This document shows positions 32,816 through 45,039 of a stretch of 64,000 nucleotides of DNA, piece after piece. Source of the stretch: Corallochytrium limacisporum Hawaii (lineage: Eukaryota; Protista; Pluriformea); assembly GCA_002811645.1 (NCBI GenBank), contig PDIP01000083.1, positions 73,732 through 137,731 of the forward strand. Direction: 5' to 3'. Every line of letters begins with the position of its first letter. Position 1 is the first letter of the stretch. Below the pieces are notes generated by a model. The model did not search any database and was not told the origin of the DNA. It saw nothing but the letters and a program-made list of their open reading frames with translations. The translations under genes and the position numbers were made by a program.

Positions 32816-34957
32816 GTGGATGCTTCGTGGTCTTCCTTTTCATTCTGTATGTCTCCTGCGCAACAACACACTGCCCCAAACATTTCCCCAAGCGTGCGAC
32901 TGATGGCTCCTGTCCACCATCATTTCGCTTAGACGTTCGCTACAGCCCATAAATACATTGACTTTCTTTTTAGCAGTAGCATATGTACCAACCATACACA
33001 CGCGCACGAACATCTAGGACACCCTACTTCACCGTATTAATGTCGATTTGCGGGCCCCCGGTGGGGTTTGGGTTTGCTTCAACCCATGAATTTTTAATGA
33101 CGAAGTATGCAAAGAGAAGGGCAAGCTCGGATACGGTCCGATGACGACCGACGGGACGCAAGAGGCGAGTACGAACGAGCAGAATAAGATCTTGGGGCTT
33201 TCGTTCTAAAAACCCGCACGCAGCAGCAGCAGCAGCGTACACACAAGCCATCCTGCTACAAAGTTAGGTAGGGGATTTGGGTTGGGACTTTCTTCCCCGG
33301 TTTAAAGCACTCCGGATTCCTGTTCTTCGGAAGGATTTTAAAATTGTCCTTTGCTCTTCGTTGTGCCAAATTGGACCAGTTTTAATTACTTGAACCGTTT
33401 CCCGTCCTGCTGCGGGGCCCCATCGATACTTCCCCGGATCGCAAACGAAAAAAAAAAAAATACCATTGTCTGATGGCGAAGGGAGTGTCAGCTGATGATG
33501 GGCTGGTGGCGGGGAGGAACGCCCGTCCGTTGTGGCCCCCCCCCAACCCCCCAACCTCCAGGGGGGGGGCCCTCTCCGCGCCTTCCCCGTGTGGAGCTCG
33601 AATTTTTCATTACGTACTCACTCTGCTTGCGCCCTTTGCCGGCGTCTGTCATCGTTCTTCTGCTCCAGCTCACCAACTCTGCGTCTCACTGAAGCCATTT
33701 CGGGTACCGCTGGCCACCGTGGCATATCCTCACCGGCCTGGTGGTTGACTACTGCCCGGCAAATTCGGCTACACGTTAACTGCTTGCCCGGGCCTTCAAC
33801 GTGATCGGCGCACTCACTGTGTGCTTCACATTGTGCTGGGTGTGAACTATCACTCACCGCCAAACGAGCAGGAAGGCCAGTACAAATAGTTCTGTCCTTT
33901 GGTGGCATGCGATGGTGATTGTCCTTTTGATCAAGGACAATTTAGATGTGATAATATGTCTTACATCCGGTATTACTGTGCGCGGTGGCCTACGTGGAAA
34001 GGTATAGAAGGTGACGTCAAATACTCAACTCCCCGCCCAGAGGGATACTGACGGCGATGGACGGACCTTATGTTGAAGGTTCAGGCGCCACTCAACCGTG
34101 CAGTCTTCACTTCGATCTGCAATTCTGGTACTGTTCCAGCCATCATCAGTCGTCCGCCATCCACATGGAAGTCACAAAACCTCACCACTAATCGTTCGTT
34201 TGTTCCTTCGACGTTTTCTGTGCATGCTGCAAATCTCTGTTCCACTCTGTGCGACAGCGGGAACTGCCCTGTTGTACCTCCCTTCCCCGCAACTTTTCCC
34301 CTTTGCGATGTACCACCCCACATCAAGGGTCTATCACGCCTGCAATTTGGGATGAAATTTGCCGCCAGGCATTTTGGCCCTATTTTTAGCACCGGTATTT
34401 TTGTGGGAGGGCCGACCCGGTGGGCGGCGGGAAGGGGTTTGGAGCGGAAAGCCGGTAGAGATCGCGCTGTGAAGACCTCAGAGGTTTTACCAATTCGATG
34501 ATGAATCCGCGCTGGACCCTTTTCCTGGGCCAAAATCATTAGCCCCAAGGCACTCCAATTTCCCACATGATGATTTCTTGGTGTGGTCGATGCCAATATG
34601 CACGGTAGATGTTTCACGTCTTGGGTGCTTAGAGATGATGGGCGTGTGTAGGACGGTATTTTACTACTCAGTTCTACGGTGCGTTTCGTTCCTATAGGGG
34701 GAAGCGCGGAACCGATGGTTGCTATTCTTGGTAGGGAGTTGACTTGGTGTGGTGTTGGGAGTCTAATTTCCTACACCACGTCTGCACGTACCGTGCGCAG
34801 TGCGAACAGACTGTGTTCGCGAGCGGACTTACGAAGCCATGTGTTGATTGCTGATGGTTGGTGTGTATTAATATCTACAATGATTCGTGCGATGCCAAGT
34901 GAACGTGGGCGCATGGCGATTATGCGGGTAATGTGTTGATACAGTAAGAGAGTTCTT

Positions 34958-37200
34958 TTAAGATCCCCACTCTGTGGTGGCACCGTCGATGGCCTTGAAC
35001 TCATAGCTGCCGCGGCCGTCAAAGTGCAGCACGTACTCGTGGAACTTCCACAGAGACTTGCGGTGAGACACCGTAAACAGCGTNNNNNNNNNNNNNNNNN
35101 NNNNNNNNNNNNNNNNNNNNNNNNNNNNNNNNNNNNNNNNNNNNNNNNNNNNNNNNNNNNNNNNNNNNNNNNNNNNNNNNNNNNNNNNNNNNNNNNNNNN
35201 NNNNNNNNNNNNNNNNNNNNNNNNNNNNNNNNNNNNNNNNNNNNNNNNNNNNNNNNNNNNNNNNNNNNNNNNNNNNNNNNNNNNNNNNNNNNNNNNNNNN
35301 NNNNNNNNNNNNNNNNNNNNNNNNNNNNNNNNNNNNNNNNNNNNNNNNNNNNNNNNNNNNNNNNNNNNNNNNNNNNNNNNNNNNNNNNNNNNNNNNNNNN
35401 NNNNNNNNNNNNNNNNNNNNNNNNNNNNNNNNNNNNNNNNNNNNNAGCCCAGTCTTGCACGGCATCCCAGCCGCCCTCCCGGTCTACCAGGTGCGAAAGG
35501 TGTACCTCATCCAGGAACTTGAACAAACCCTGGTCGGAGAGACCACGGCGCTTCATGTCTTCGGCAGTGTCTGGATAGATGACCTGGTCACGGAGAGTAC
35601 CAATAGTCAGGTACGGCTTCTGGGGAACGTAGAACAGCTTAGCCGCAGCAGGCTTGGTCAGCGTACCGCCGAACAATGGCCACAGGCCACCGAGGATACG
35701 GAACAGAGAGGACTTGCCGCAACCGTTGGGACCGGAGACCAGGACATTGTTGCCCGACTCGACGGTGACGAACAATTCCTTTACGAGGACATCACCGTTC
35801 GGAGTCACGATGGGCACACGCTCAAACTTGATAATGTGGTCCTGATTGATGATCTTGCCATTGCCAGGGGCCAGAGGAACACCGTCAACATTCTTACCTT
35901 CCAGACTAAGCATGGTGCGGACGTATTTGCCCTCGTCCAGGTCTTCCAGTACGTCCATAATCTCAATGACACGGGCAGTGAAACCGGCCAGACGGGTCAG
36001 TTCGCGACCGGCAAGCACAACACGGCCAATGGCCGTGGCCATGTTGACCAGCATGCGACCAGAGCGGTAGTACTCTTCAGCTAGATCAGATGTCTCCCAG
36101 TCATCGTACTTGTTGGTAGCGAGGAAAGGACGGGACACAGCGTAGAAACCGACGACGGTGGCAATGTACTTGGCCACAACGCTATCAATCACGCCGACGC
36201 CGAAACGGAAGCGCATGGAGTTGCGGAGATGACCTGCCAAACGTTGGAAGCTCGCGTTCACAGTAATCCGCTCACGGTCACCACCGTTGTAGAACGCAAC
36301 CTCCTCACCGTGCGTGATCAGACGAGCATTGATGAAGCGGTACTCACCTTCCAGGCGTTGTTCGGACACGGTGTACTTGCCGACCGGCTTGCGCATCTGT
36401 GTGAGGAAGACACCGGACAAGGCCAGGTATCCGGTCATGATGGCCGGGCCCTGGGCACCAATCTGTGAGGTCAGGCGGCGGGCGTAGATGATTATATCGA
36501 GGATGGGCTTGCTCAAGTTGGAGTACAGATCAACGGTGGACTGACAGTAACGTTCCAGATCCTGCGTAAGCAACTGGTCAGCGTTGGAGATGCGGGTATC
36601 CAGGAAGGCTACCTTGTAGTAGGTAAAACCGTTCAAGTAGTCCTTCATGAGGTAATTGGTCAGGTTAGTACGGAAACGCAGAGACATTTCGTTCAAGGAG
36701 TATTTTAGGAAGGAGTTCACAAAACCGATGGGCACCATGGAAGCAAAGAATTTCAGCAGATTCTGGCGGAAGCCTTCGACGTCGCGATCAATGATACGGG
36801 CCTCGATCTTGGTGTTAATGCTAATCATCCACAGATCACAAAGCGTACGCAGGATCATGAAGATCGTGGCACTTGCGACGTAACCCGCCTCGGCAGTGAA
36901 GATTCCCGGAACGCAAATCTTGAGCAGGCGCTTCATGCGTGCAAGGAACACTGAATCGACGCCAATTGCTTCGCCGTGCTTGTGGTTGGATGGCTTGCCC
37001 TTCTTGTGCGCGGTCCGAGGCTCGCACCGTCTGCCCATTTTCTTAACGTAGGCATAAGCACCGAACATGGCCGCGACCGAAGCCACCAGACCGATCTTCC
37101 GGGCCCTCGGCGTTTGATAAATGGCCAGGACAAGGGGCAAGACATTCATGAGGATCTTCTGGCCAGTTGGACTGGCCATCAGAGTACTTTGAATGGTCAT
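34958..37200 (-). CDS. ABCD3: Peroxisomal ABC half-transporter ABCD3/PMP70-like, paralogue B (spans an assembly gap)
   Basis: ATG at 37200 (MTIQST); colinear with paralogue A; after the N gap (35084-35445) reads [44 protein letters not shown] (stop 34958-34960). Confidence 0.92.
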
Positions 37201-38755
37201 TGTGGTGCTTGGAAAACAACTCTTGTCCTCCAGACGATTATCTCTTTTTTCCCTTGGTGTTGCCTTTGTGAGAATTTCATTCAGTGCGGCTCTGTCCAGT
37301 GTAACCCTGATCACGAAATAGGTGTGGGGGGCACAGAGAGCACAGAGTCGCGACTCTGAACCATGCAGTGCCTTGCGCAGTTGTGCAACACAGTACGGAA
37401 CAGAATCCTGCACCTACACGCGCACCACCCCTAGTCCTGGATATTGGCACCCAGGTGAAAGCATGACAGTGGACCCATTGTCATACGATCGACTGGCTGA
37501 GTCTGTCCTGTGTACTTCCCCTGTGCGCGCCGGACCGAACCCCCCCTTTCGAAATGCAAACTGACGACTACGCCCCTTTCAGTCCAATAGGGCACAAACT
37601 GGGCCGCCTATCCTCTTCAGCCGTCGGACGTGTCGTACGAGGCCGACCGAACAATAATACGCCCGCCAAGCCCCAAGAAAGCAGCGGGAAACACCAGGCA
37701 GGCAAAGCGGTTGCAAACAGTTGCAAGGGGAAAAAAACGACGAAAAGACAAAAAAGAAAAAGTGTGGACATTTTGAAGAGAACGCAACGGGGGCGCTCTA
37801 TCATTTCACGCCCGACCGCAGCCCAAACCCGGCCGGGATGCCGCGCCGTTGTGTGTGTGTGCCCAAAGCGGGAAGTAAACCTGTCATTTTTGTCCCGGTG
37901 CCGCGCTTCTGCCACCGTCGAAGAGCCAAACGGCCCACACCCCACCGAAGGTGGAGGCGGTGGAGTCCAAGCACCACACACCACTGCAGTATATCAGGCC
38001 TTGTGTATGTATCAGGCAGGGAGTGAGGGAAGGGAAGGGAAGAGAAGGGAGGTGGGGGGGGGGGGGTAAAAAGGGGGAAGCATTCGATCGTCCGAATCAT
38101 TGCGTGCCTTCGAGAAATGGGGCGGCTATTTATAGTTCGTCTCGTGCTCGCTTGTCCCAGAAAATCATCTAAATCTTCATAATCATTAATCAACAATCCA
38201 ATTTATATCAATGGTGTGCAATCGTGCCCAAAGATCAATGAAATATATCCTCGAATCAGGACGAGCGTTCCCCGGGGTTTAAACAGGAGTATATGTACTA
38301 TTTTTTCGCCAATATCACTGCCTGGTACATTTGTACCGGGCAAACCGATGTCACTCTTTCGCGTATTTTGCTTTTTGGCCATTTTTGCGCTAATTTTACT
38401 TCTTCGCCCTTTTCTTCCGTTTTTTTAAAAGCTTTTCGGGGCACTTTTATGTATTTTCTTTGGAATTTCTTCCGTTGTTTTTCCTTTCTCCCTTTGCCTT
38501 TTTTTCTCTTGTGATGGACAATCCATTTTGTGCCTTTTCAACCAAAGTGCATAGGAAATCAATCGCAAATGAAAACGACAAGCCTTTAAAAAAGTTTGTC
38601 GCCAGCGAAATAAAACAAAGGAAACGGAAATGGAAAAAAGGGGGCTTTGCAAAAGAAACAAACCAAAGGTGAACATAAAAAAGGAAAAAAAATAGTTAAG
38701 AAAGGAAGAGAGAGATGTTTTTAAGTTCTTCCCGGTGCCATTCTGGTGAACTGGT

Positions 38756-38827
38756 GGGACCGTGGTCTAGGGGTATGATTCTCGCTTCGGGTGCGAGAGG
38801 TCCCGGGTTCGACTCCCGGCGGTCCCC
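38756..38827 (+). tRNA. tRNA-Pro(CGG)
   Basis: 72-nt cloverleaf; acceptor GGGACCG/CGGTCCC, anticodon arm CTCGC-TTCGGGT-GCGAG, T-loop GTTCGACTC; T6 terminator at ~38853. Confidence 0.97.
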
Positions 38828-39563
38828 TCTGGGAGCGCGACGAACGAGGCAGTTTTTTGTCTTGACCGACCGAGTTCCTTTCGTGTCGTCGTTGCTCACT
38901 GGGCAAAAGCGAGAATGCAAAATACCGGGAAGATTTTTCCCTTTCTTAAAAAGTTTCTCTCACTTTCTTTCTTCCTTGTCTGTCTCAGACGTTTTTCCCC
39001 TTTGTTCTCCAGCCGTCTGTTCTTTGAAACCCTTTTCTTTCCTTCTGTCCTTCCTTTTCTCTGGTTTTTAGTTTTCATTTGTTCGATAAACGTCGGTATT
39101 TTTCCTTCCTTTCTTTCCTTCCCCTCTCCGGGGGGAGAGAGAGAAAGGGAAGAAAGCCTTGGTTCAGTTGATTTTCGGGAGCTCTGACCTTTTCCTTACG
39201 GCCGTAGCTGTCAAAAGTGTGCGGCATATACCCCAAAGGTTTTCACTCTCTGCGAAAATTCAACGACACAACCCCGGGTCTCTTACCGACGGATTTCTCA
39301 GCAGTGAATTGGCTAACAAAAATTATCTGCCGCAAGAAAAAGATTTGTGTTTTAAGGTAAAAAAAAAGAAAACAAAGAAAATATTTGTGCCCATGAAAGA
39401 TTTAAAAAGGCGCGGGGAAATGGGTGTCGGGTAAAAGTAGTGAAAAAGGGGGCCAAGCTTGGCTCATCAGCGAGGGTGTGAGATCACTTCTCTCGAAACA
39501 CAAAATTTTCCGTTCTTTATGTATAGCAATCTTTTCGATTGGTGTTTGTCGCGAGCAATTCGT

Positions 39564-39635
39564 GGGACCGTGGTCTAGTGGTATGATTCTCGCTTTGGGT
39601 GCGAGAGGTCCCGGGTTCGATTCCCGGTGGTCCCC
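39564..39635 (+). tRNA. tRNA-Pro(TGG)
   Basis: 72-nt cloverleaf; acceptor GGGACCG/TGGTCCC, anticodon loop TTTGGGT, T-loop GTTCGATTC; no intron. Confidence 0.97.
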
Positions 39636-39915
39636 ATTGCAGTGGCTGGCGGAGGAAGGAGATTTAGTTGTTTTGAGAGAGGAACAGAAGACAAGGGTTT
39701 TCTGTTCCCTTTTTTTTTTCTTTTTTTTTCGCGCTTTCCCCCTGTCCCTGCCTGCCGCTCGATATGTGATGATCACCTCACATGGCACGCTCATGACTCA
39801 CGCAATATGATTATTATAGCACCCATCTTCTACAGTACAAGGAATCAAATTATCTAAAGACATTTACTTTTCAGCGCAAATCAAATGAAAGGGATCAAAG
39901 GCTTTGGTTTGATGC

Positions 39916-41898
39916 TCAGTGCTTGATCAGGCATTCCTCGGATTCGGGAATGGCATAAGGGTCCCTTGTCCGACGCCTAGTGGGTGGACTAACGCCATTG
40001 TGGTAATCCATCATGTCTTCCTCTTCATCGACCTCATCAATGATGTCCAAGGCACTCGTCTCAATGTCATCTACGACCAGATCTCGGAAGATATACGCAA
40101 AGAGAGCAGAGAGCAGGAACATGAGACCGCTGAATAGGAAGAACACCACCGTCAGATTCTTCGGAGACATGAATGGCGAGATCAGAATACCCAATGCGGA
40201 GCCTCCGGCTGACGTCAGCAGGAAAAGCGACATGACGATCGACTTCATGCTCGCAGGTGCCTGTGCGTAAGCAAACTCAAGGGCGGTGACACTGGCAAAA
40301 ATTTCGGATATGGCAATCAAAAAGTATGGTGGAATCTGCAGCCAGATGCTCACGCCATGCTGTCCTTCATGCAGGACGTAGGAATCGTTCCCAGTCCAGT
40401 GGCCACGCTTTGCGATGGCCCACTGCAAGAATCCGACATACACAAAGGCACCGGCACTAACCAGGAAGCCAAACGACATGCGCGTAATGTGACTCATCCG
40501 GATGCCGCGCCGCTTTAGCCAGGGAAAGACAATGTAGTCAAAGAAAGGGATGAAGATGATAATCACCAGTGAATCAACCAGGTTCAGCTGGTCGGCAGTC
40601 AGCCAACTGGGGCGGGCCATCCACTCACCCTGCGAAATGAAATTGCTCTGCATCTGATTGTAGAGCAACCAGTAGAACGGAAAGACGGCAAAGACCTTGG
40701 AGGCCTTCAGGGCGCGTTTCACGTCACTGACAATCTGGTAGTCGTGTTCTTCTGCAGCATGGTCGAGCCAGTGCCAGCTGGACTGGCTGTTGACAGAGTT
40801 CTGCGTGTCCTCGAGGAAGTATTCCATGCTCTCGTTGCGCTTAGTCCAGGCGGTTTTGACTACGGAAAAAGCCTCGCCGAGCAGGGATCCCGTGGGTTTG
40901 GGGATAATGTAGTGCTTATGTCCAAACCAGAAGATGGCCATGCCAATCGCGAAGAAGCTGCCTGGGGCGGCGAAGGACGCCCAGTAGCTACTACCGTGCA
41001 CAGCACCCGACTCCGGATCGGTCTTGTAAGGCCCGAAATGATGCAGATTTGGTGAAATGATCATGCCAACAACAGATCCAGCATTGATGCTGAAGTAGAA
41101 CCAGCGGAACACCTTCTCGTAGTCGTCTGGGCTGGAATCCACTAACTGGTCTGCGACGAGGGTGCTCACATTGGACTTGATGCCACCAGTGCCCAGGCCG
41201 ATGAGAAACAGTGCAAGCACAAAGCCCCACTTGCTGAAGTAGTCCCAGCCACCAGCCTCATACGGGAAATCTTTGTACGCAATGGGCAGCGCACTGATGG
41301 TCAGGCATATCAATCCAATCATGTACGTGAATCCGAAAATGCTAATCGTTTTGAACTTGCCCAAGTAGGCATCGCTAATGTACCCGCCCAGAAGTGCAGT
41401 GAAGTACGCCCAGAATGTGAACATATTGTTGACCAGATTGGCGTTCGCGTTGGTAAATTCCAGCATTTCCAACATGTACAGCATGAACACCAAAGTGGCT
41501 CCGTAGAAAGCAAGGCGCTCGCAGAATTCCACGACTAGGATGTAGATCGAAGCGACAGGTATGTTGCCGGTGCCGATTGTTGGCCGTGACCTCAACCATT
41601 CACCGTCAACTACTACAGCCTCACCGCTGATGCTGGCATTTTTGACACTACGCCGACTGCCCGACCCTACGCTCACGTCGCTGAGACTGGCCGCACTGGC
41701 CGTCTTTAAAATGCCAGCTGCGGGTGAGGCGCGCCCGGAGTTCGGAGTATGCGGCCGAAACGGCCGCGCTGCCGACGACGATGCACCTCCGTGCTCCGGT
41801 GGCGGCAGCAGCCCTCTCTGCTCATCTTCTATATCGTATTCATAGTACGCCGGATTATTGTCGGCGTCGCTCATTCGATGTCCCCGACCGGACGACAT
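39916..41898 (-). CDS. PTR2: Proton-dependent oligopeptide transporter (POT/PTR2/SLC15 family)
   Basis: EFCERLAFYG (ExxER) motif, GGYISDAYLGKFKTI, GLGTGGIKSNV, FYFSINAGS, EFAYAQAPASMKS; about 12 TM helices. Confidence 0.93.
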   Translation of the reverse strand: MSSGRGHRMSDADNNPAYYEYDIEDEQRGLLPPPEHGGASSSAARPFRPHTPNSGRASPAAGILKTASAASLSDVSVGSGSRRSVKNASISGEAVVVDGEWLRSRPTIGTGNIPVASIYILVVEFCERLAFYGATLVFMLYMLEMLEFTNANANLVNNMFTFWAYFTALLGGYISDAYLGKFKTISIFGFTYMIGLICLTISALPIAYKDFPYEAGGWDYFSKWGFVLALFLIGLGTGGIKSNVSTLVADQLVDSSPDDYEKVFRWFYFSINAGSVVGMIISPNLHHFGPYKTDPESGAVHGSSYWASFAAPGSFFAIGMAIFWFGHKHYIIPKPTGSLLGEAFSVVKTAWTKRNESMEYFLEDTQNSVNSQSSWHWLDHAAEEHDYQIVSDVKRALKASKVFAVFPFYWLLYNQMQSNFISQGEWMARPSWLTADQLNLVDSLVIIIFIPFFDYIVFPWLKRRGIRMSHITRMSFGFLVSAGAFVYVGFLQWAIAKRGHWTGNDSYVLHEGQHGVSIWLQIPPYFLIAISEIFASVTALEFAYAQAPASMKSIVMSLFLLTSAGGSALGILISPFMSPKNLTVVFFLFSGLMFLLSALFAYIFRDLVVDDIETSALDIIDEVDEEEDMMDYHNGVSPPTRRRTRDPYAIPESEECLIKH

Positions 41899-42720
41899 TT
41901 CCAGTGAATCGCGTGTGTCTGGATAGGAAATGGTGACGAACTTTTCTCCAGCCGGTCTTATTTAGTAGTCAATACGTGGATTGTCCTGTTCTTTACTTGT
42001 TGTTCATAAGGAAGAACAGTAGAGTCTTCGCTATTCCGGTTTCTTTATTCGCTGTTGTTTCTTCTCACAGGTACACTTCCTTTTCCTGGTAGCAAACTCC
42101 ACTTGTTTACTACTGCCTAATGTGCGTGATCTAATGCACCCAAAGAACGACGTAAGCTGAATGTGGTCAAGCAGTAAGGGGGTTGGCTGATTTCTCAAGT
42201 ACCCAATTTGGTCCACCGGTCGGCGAGAGAAGGAACACTAGCCGGGTCTCACCCTCTGTTTTCATTCCCCGCCTTCTCGAAACTCAAATGGGCCCTTTGC
42301 ACCGCTGGCCGGCTGGTAGGGGGAGTTTGCCCCGGTTGTGACGGAGTCAGGGGGCCGGTGTCCCGTGGGAGGGCAAAATGGACTCCGATGTCTGTTTGCC
42401 AACAGAACGTGGGATTGGCCTCTGGGACGTGCATCGGTTTGTTACGCAGAAGTTCCGATAGGGCCGTCCCGTGGATGTCTGGGCAACCATCGCTATATAC
42501 TGATGATTTACATTCAATCAAGTCAATCACTTCACAAGATGAGGGACCTCACATGATGGAGAATAGAGGAAAAGGACTAGTAATGTGCTGTATACACTTT
42601 GATTTGGTAGATCGAACCCCGTAGGTGTCTACATGAGTAGAGACGATGTCCAGTTTGAAAATTTTGGGAAGAAGCATGTTGATGTCACTTGTGGTATCTC
42701 TGTTTTGCTCTGTGTTCGAT

Positions 42721-45039
42721 TCAGAAGCCCACAGATGCCTCACGAACGTCATCGACGACAGACTTGAGCAGCAGTTCAGTGTACAGCTCATCCCGAATGC
42801 AACCCTCGAGCTCGGACAGGACTGTCCGCACAGCCTGGCCCTTGAAGCCGTTCAAGTGGGTCACCAGACTGTTCTCCAGGTTCAACAGGACCCGATTATC
42901 AAAGACCATATCGTCCTCGTCACCAATAGAGCGCAGGAGCTCGATCGCCAGTCGGGACAAGTAGGAATTCAGCTCGCTGGTCACGCGCTCCAAGCTAGAC
43001 TGCTTGAGCACATCAGCGACGCAGGAGGCCACGAGGTCTGCAATCTTCCCTACGCGGGCGACGACAGCCTCATCGATGGCCTGTTTGATTACACGACCGC
43101 CCATGGGTGCAAGCATGAGGGTTCTCTCCTGCTCTTTCGCTAGGGCCCGGCGGCTTCTCTGCTCCTCTTCCTCCTCACTGTCCAGGACTTTCTTGACCAG
43201 CCGTTCCATTATCTGCAGACTGGCATGTTTGCCATCGTCACTGTGACTAATGGCGCAGAGACACCGCAGCATGTTCGAAACGTAGTCACTGTCTCCCTCA
43301 TTTGCAGCAAGGAAGTAGCGCAACATGCCGCGGGACGTGGTGCTCATATTGGCAACGAGCTCCTCCAGAGTAGCAGGGTGCGGGGCCTTCCCGTGGGCGC
43401 GGCGTGGAGGCCGATCTTTCGGCGAAGGACTGCGGAAGGCCAGGCGTTGATATCCGCTAGAGGTCGTAGACTGGGGTCCACGACGCACCCCGGACTCCGG
43501 AGAAGGGCTTAGATTGCGCAGCATTTGCTGATACTTGGCCTCGTCAGTATCTCTGCCCATGTTCATGGCTGCAAGCATTTCTTGGACGGCAGCCATGTTC
43601 TTCATCTCCTCCTCCTGGCGGCGCAATTGTCGCATGACTGCTGGTGAGGCAGTAGGAGCACTCGGGGCCGAGGTGGTCCGAGGTGGTACTGGGGGCGCGT
43701 GGTTAGGTCGGGCACTTCGACCGCCTCTGTTCTGCACATTGTGTTGTTGCGCCACAGGCACGGGCCTCGCCGCGGCCTGTTGATCGGCCTCAGCAAGGAG
43801 CTTGGCCCGCAGGGACTCCAGGCGCTCCCGTTCCTTCAGTAGCTCAGCAATTTCTTCGTCCTGTGCTGCCAGCTCTGCGAGGGTCCGGGCACGGGCCGGA
43901 GACATGTTTGGTTGGCGACGAACAGGGGCCGGTGGACGAGGCGGAGAACGCATCGGTGGTGCGTTCTGGACAACCTTGACCTGCTCTTCTTCGTCCTGAG
44001 CGGCCCCTGGCATCTGCTCGGTCTGCTCATTGAGCATATTCAGGACAGCCCTCATGGCATCCGCCTGGCTAACATCACCTTTGCCCTCACCAAGGGCCCC
44101 TGCGCTCTCCAGACCCTTTTTGAGCACCAGAAGTTGCTGTTCCGCCTCCTTAAGCTGTGCATACAGTGCCTTCTGCTTCTCCAATTCCTCACGGAGGCGC
44201 ACAAAGTCCGGGTTGTTCTCTAACATTTCCTCGGTCTCCATTCCGACAGCGGACTCTTCGTATTGTCCCTCTTCGACTTCACCTGGCTCTCCCTCATACA
44301 TTTTCTCATCCTCCACAGCTACGGCCGGGACATCGTCGCTTTCTTGGGTCTCCATAGCTGGTTCAATGACCCGCTGAGCCATGGCCCGGTCCTCTTCCTG
44401 TAGCTTGACCAACTGATCCTCTAGAGTCCGCAGCTGCGCATGCTTTTCCTCCAGCTCAGCCAACTCACGTTTCTGTTCGTCGAGTTGCTCCTGTGCAGCA
44501 CTTATGTTCTGCCTTGCAGTCGATTGCTGTCCGCCCTTGCCGGACTCCTCAGCCTGGATCTGGCGGACGACAGCATCTAACTGGTCCATGTTCAGGCCAT
44601 CGACCGCCTTCTCCATATCTGCCTCTGGCAGGCTCTGTAACTGGGACAACAGATCCAATCCCATCTGTCCCGCCATCATCTGCCCCATCATCTGAGCAAG
44701 ACCCTGACCAAGGAGCATCTCTTGCATACCTTCCGCACCGCCGCTGGCCTTGTTGGCTGCTGTGCGCAAACCCTCTAGCTGGGACCGTAGGTTCTGCAAT
44801 TCCAGCAACTGGGCCTCGAGCTGGGCGACTTCCTCTCCCGAGATCTCTTCTACCGCTGAGCCGTCGTCTGCGGCATTGTTGCCATTGGCGGCCGGGGCCT
44901 GACGTGTCGGGCTTTGGCCCTTGGGTAACGTTTCACCGGGCATCGGGGTGGCCAAAGGGCTCTTCTTGGGACTCGGTTGGTCCTGCTTAGCACTTTTGTT
45001 TGATGCTGGAGGGGTGCGAAGCTCTTCAATCACAGGCAT
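42721..45039 (-). CDS. Coiled-coil protein with PCM1-like C-terminal domain (putative pericentriolar material 1 homologue)
   Basis: Several coiled coils separated by disordered linkers; C-terminal LENSLVTHLNGFKGQ...IRDELYTELLL..VVDD aligns by eye with the recalled PCM1 C-terminus; start at first ATG (MPVIEE). Confidence 0.6.
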   Translation of the reverse strand: MPVIEELRTPPASNKSAKQDQPSPKKSPLATPMPGETLPKGQSPTRQAPAANGNNAADDGSAVEEISGEEVAQLEAQLLELQNLRSQLEGLRTAANKASGGAEGMQEMLLGQGLAQMMGQMMAGQMGLDLLSQLQSLPEADMEKAVDGLNMDQLDAVVRQIQAEESGKGGQQSTARQNISAAQEQLDEQKRELAELEEKHAQLRTLEDQLVKLQEEDRAMAQRVIEPAMETQESDDVPAVAVEDEKMYEGEPGEVEEGQYEESAVGMETEEMLENNPDFVRLREELEKQKALYAQLKEAEQQLLVLKKGLESAGALGEGKGDVSQADAMRAVLNMLNEQTEQMPGAAQDEEEQVKVVQNAPPMRSPPRPPAPVRRQPNMSPARARTLAELAAQDEEIAELLKERERLESLRAKLLAEADQQAAARPVPVAQQHNVQNRGGRSARPNHAPPVPPRTTSAPSAPTASPAVMRQLRRQEEEMKNMAAVQEMLAAMNMGRDTDEAKYQQMLRNLSPSPESGVRRGPQSTTSSGYQRLAFRSPSPKDRPPRRAHGKAPHPATLEELVANMSTTSRGMLRYFLAANEGDSDYVSNMLRCLCAISHSDDGKHASLQIMERLVKKVLDSEEEEEQRSRRALAKEQERTLMLAPMGGRVIKQAIDEAVVARVGKIADLVASCVADVLKQSSLERVTSELNSYLSRLAIELLRSIGDEDDMVFDNRVLLNLENSLVTHLNGFKGQAVRTVLSELEGCIRDELYTELLLKSVVDDVREASVGF

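Noticed and set aside
34771-35445. Apparent frameshift and aberrant C-terminus of ABCD3-B
   Set aside because: Artefact of a 362-N gap replacing about 150 bp; the native C-terminus is intact in another frame, so it is not a pseudogene
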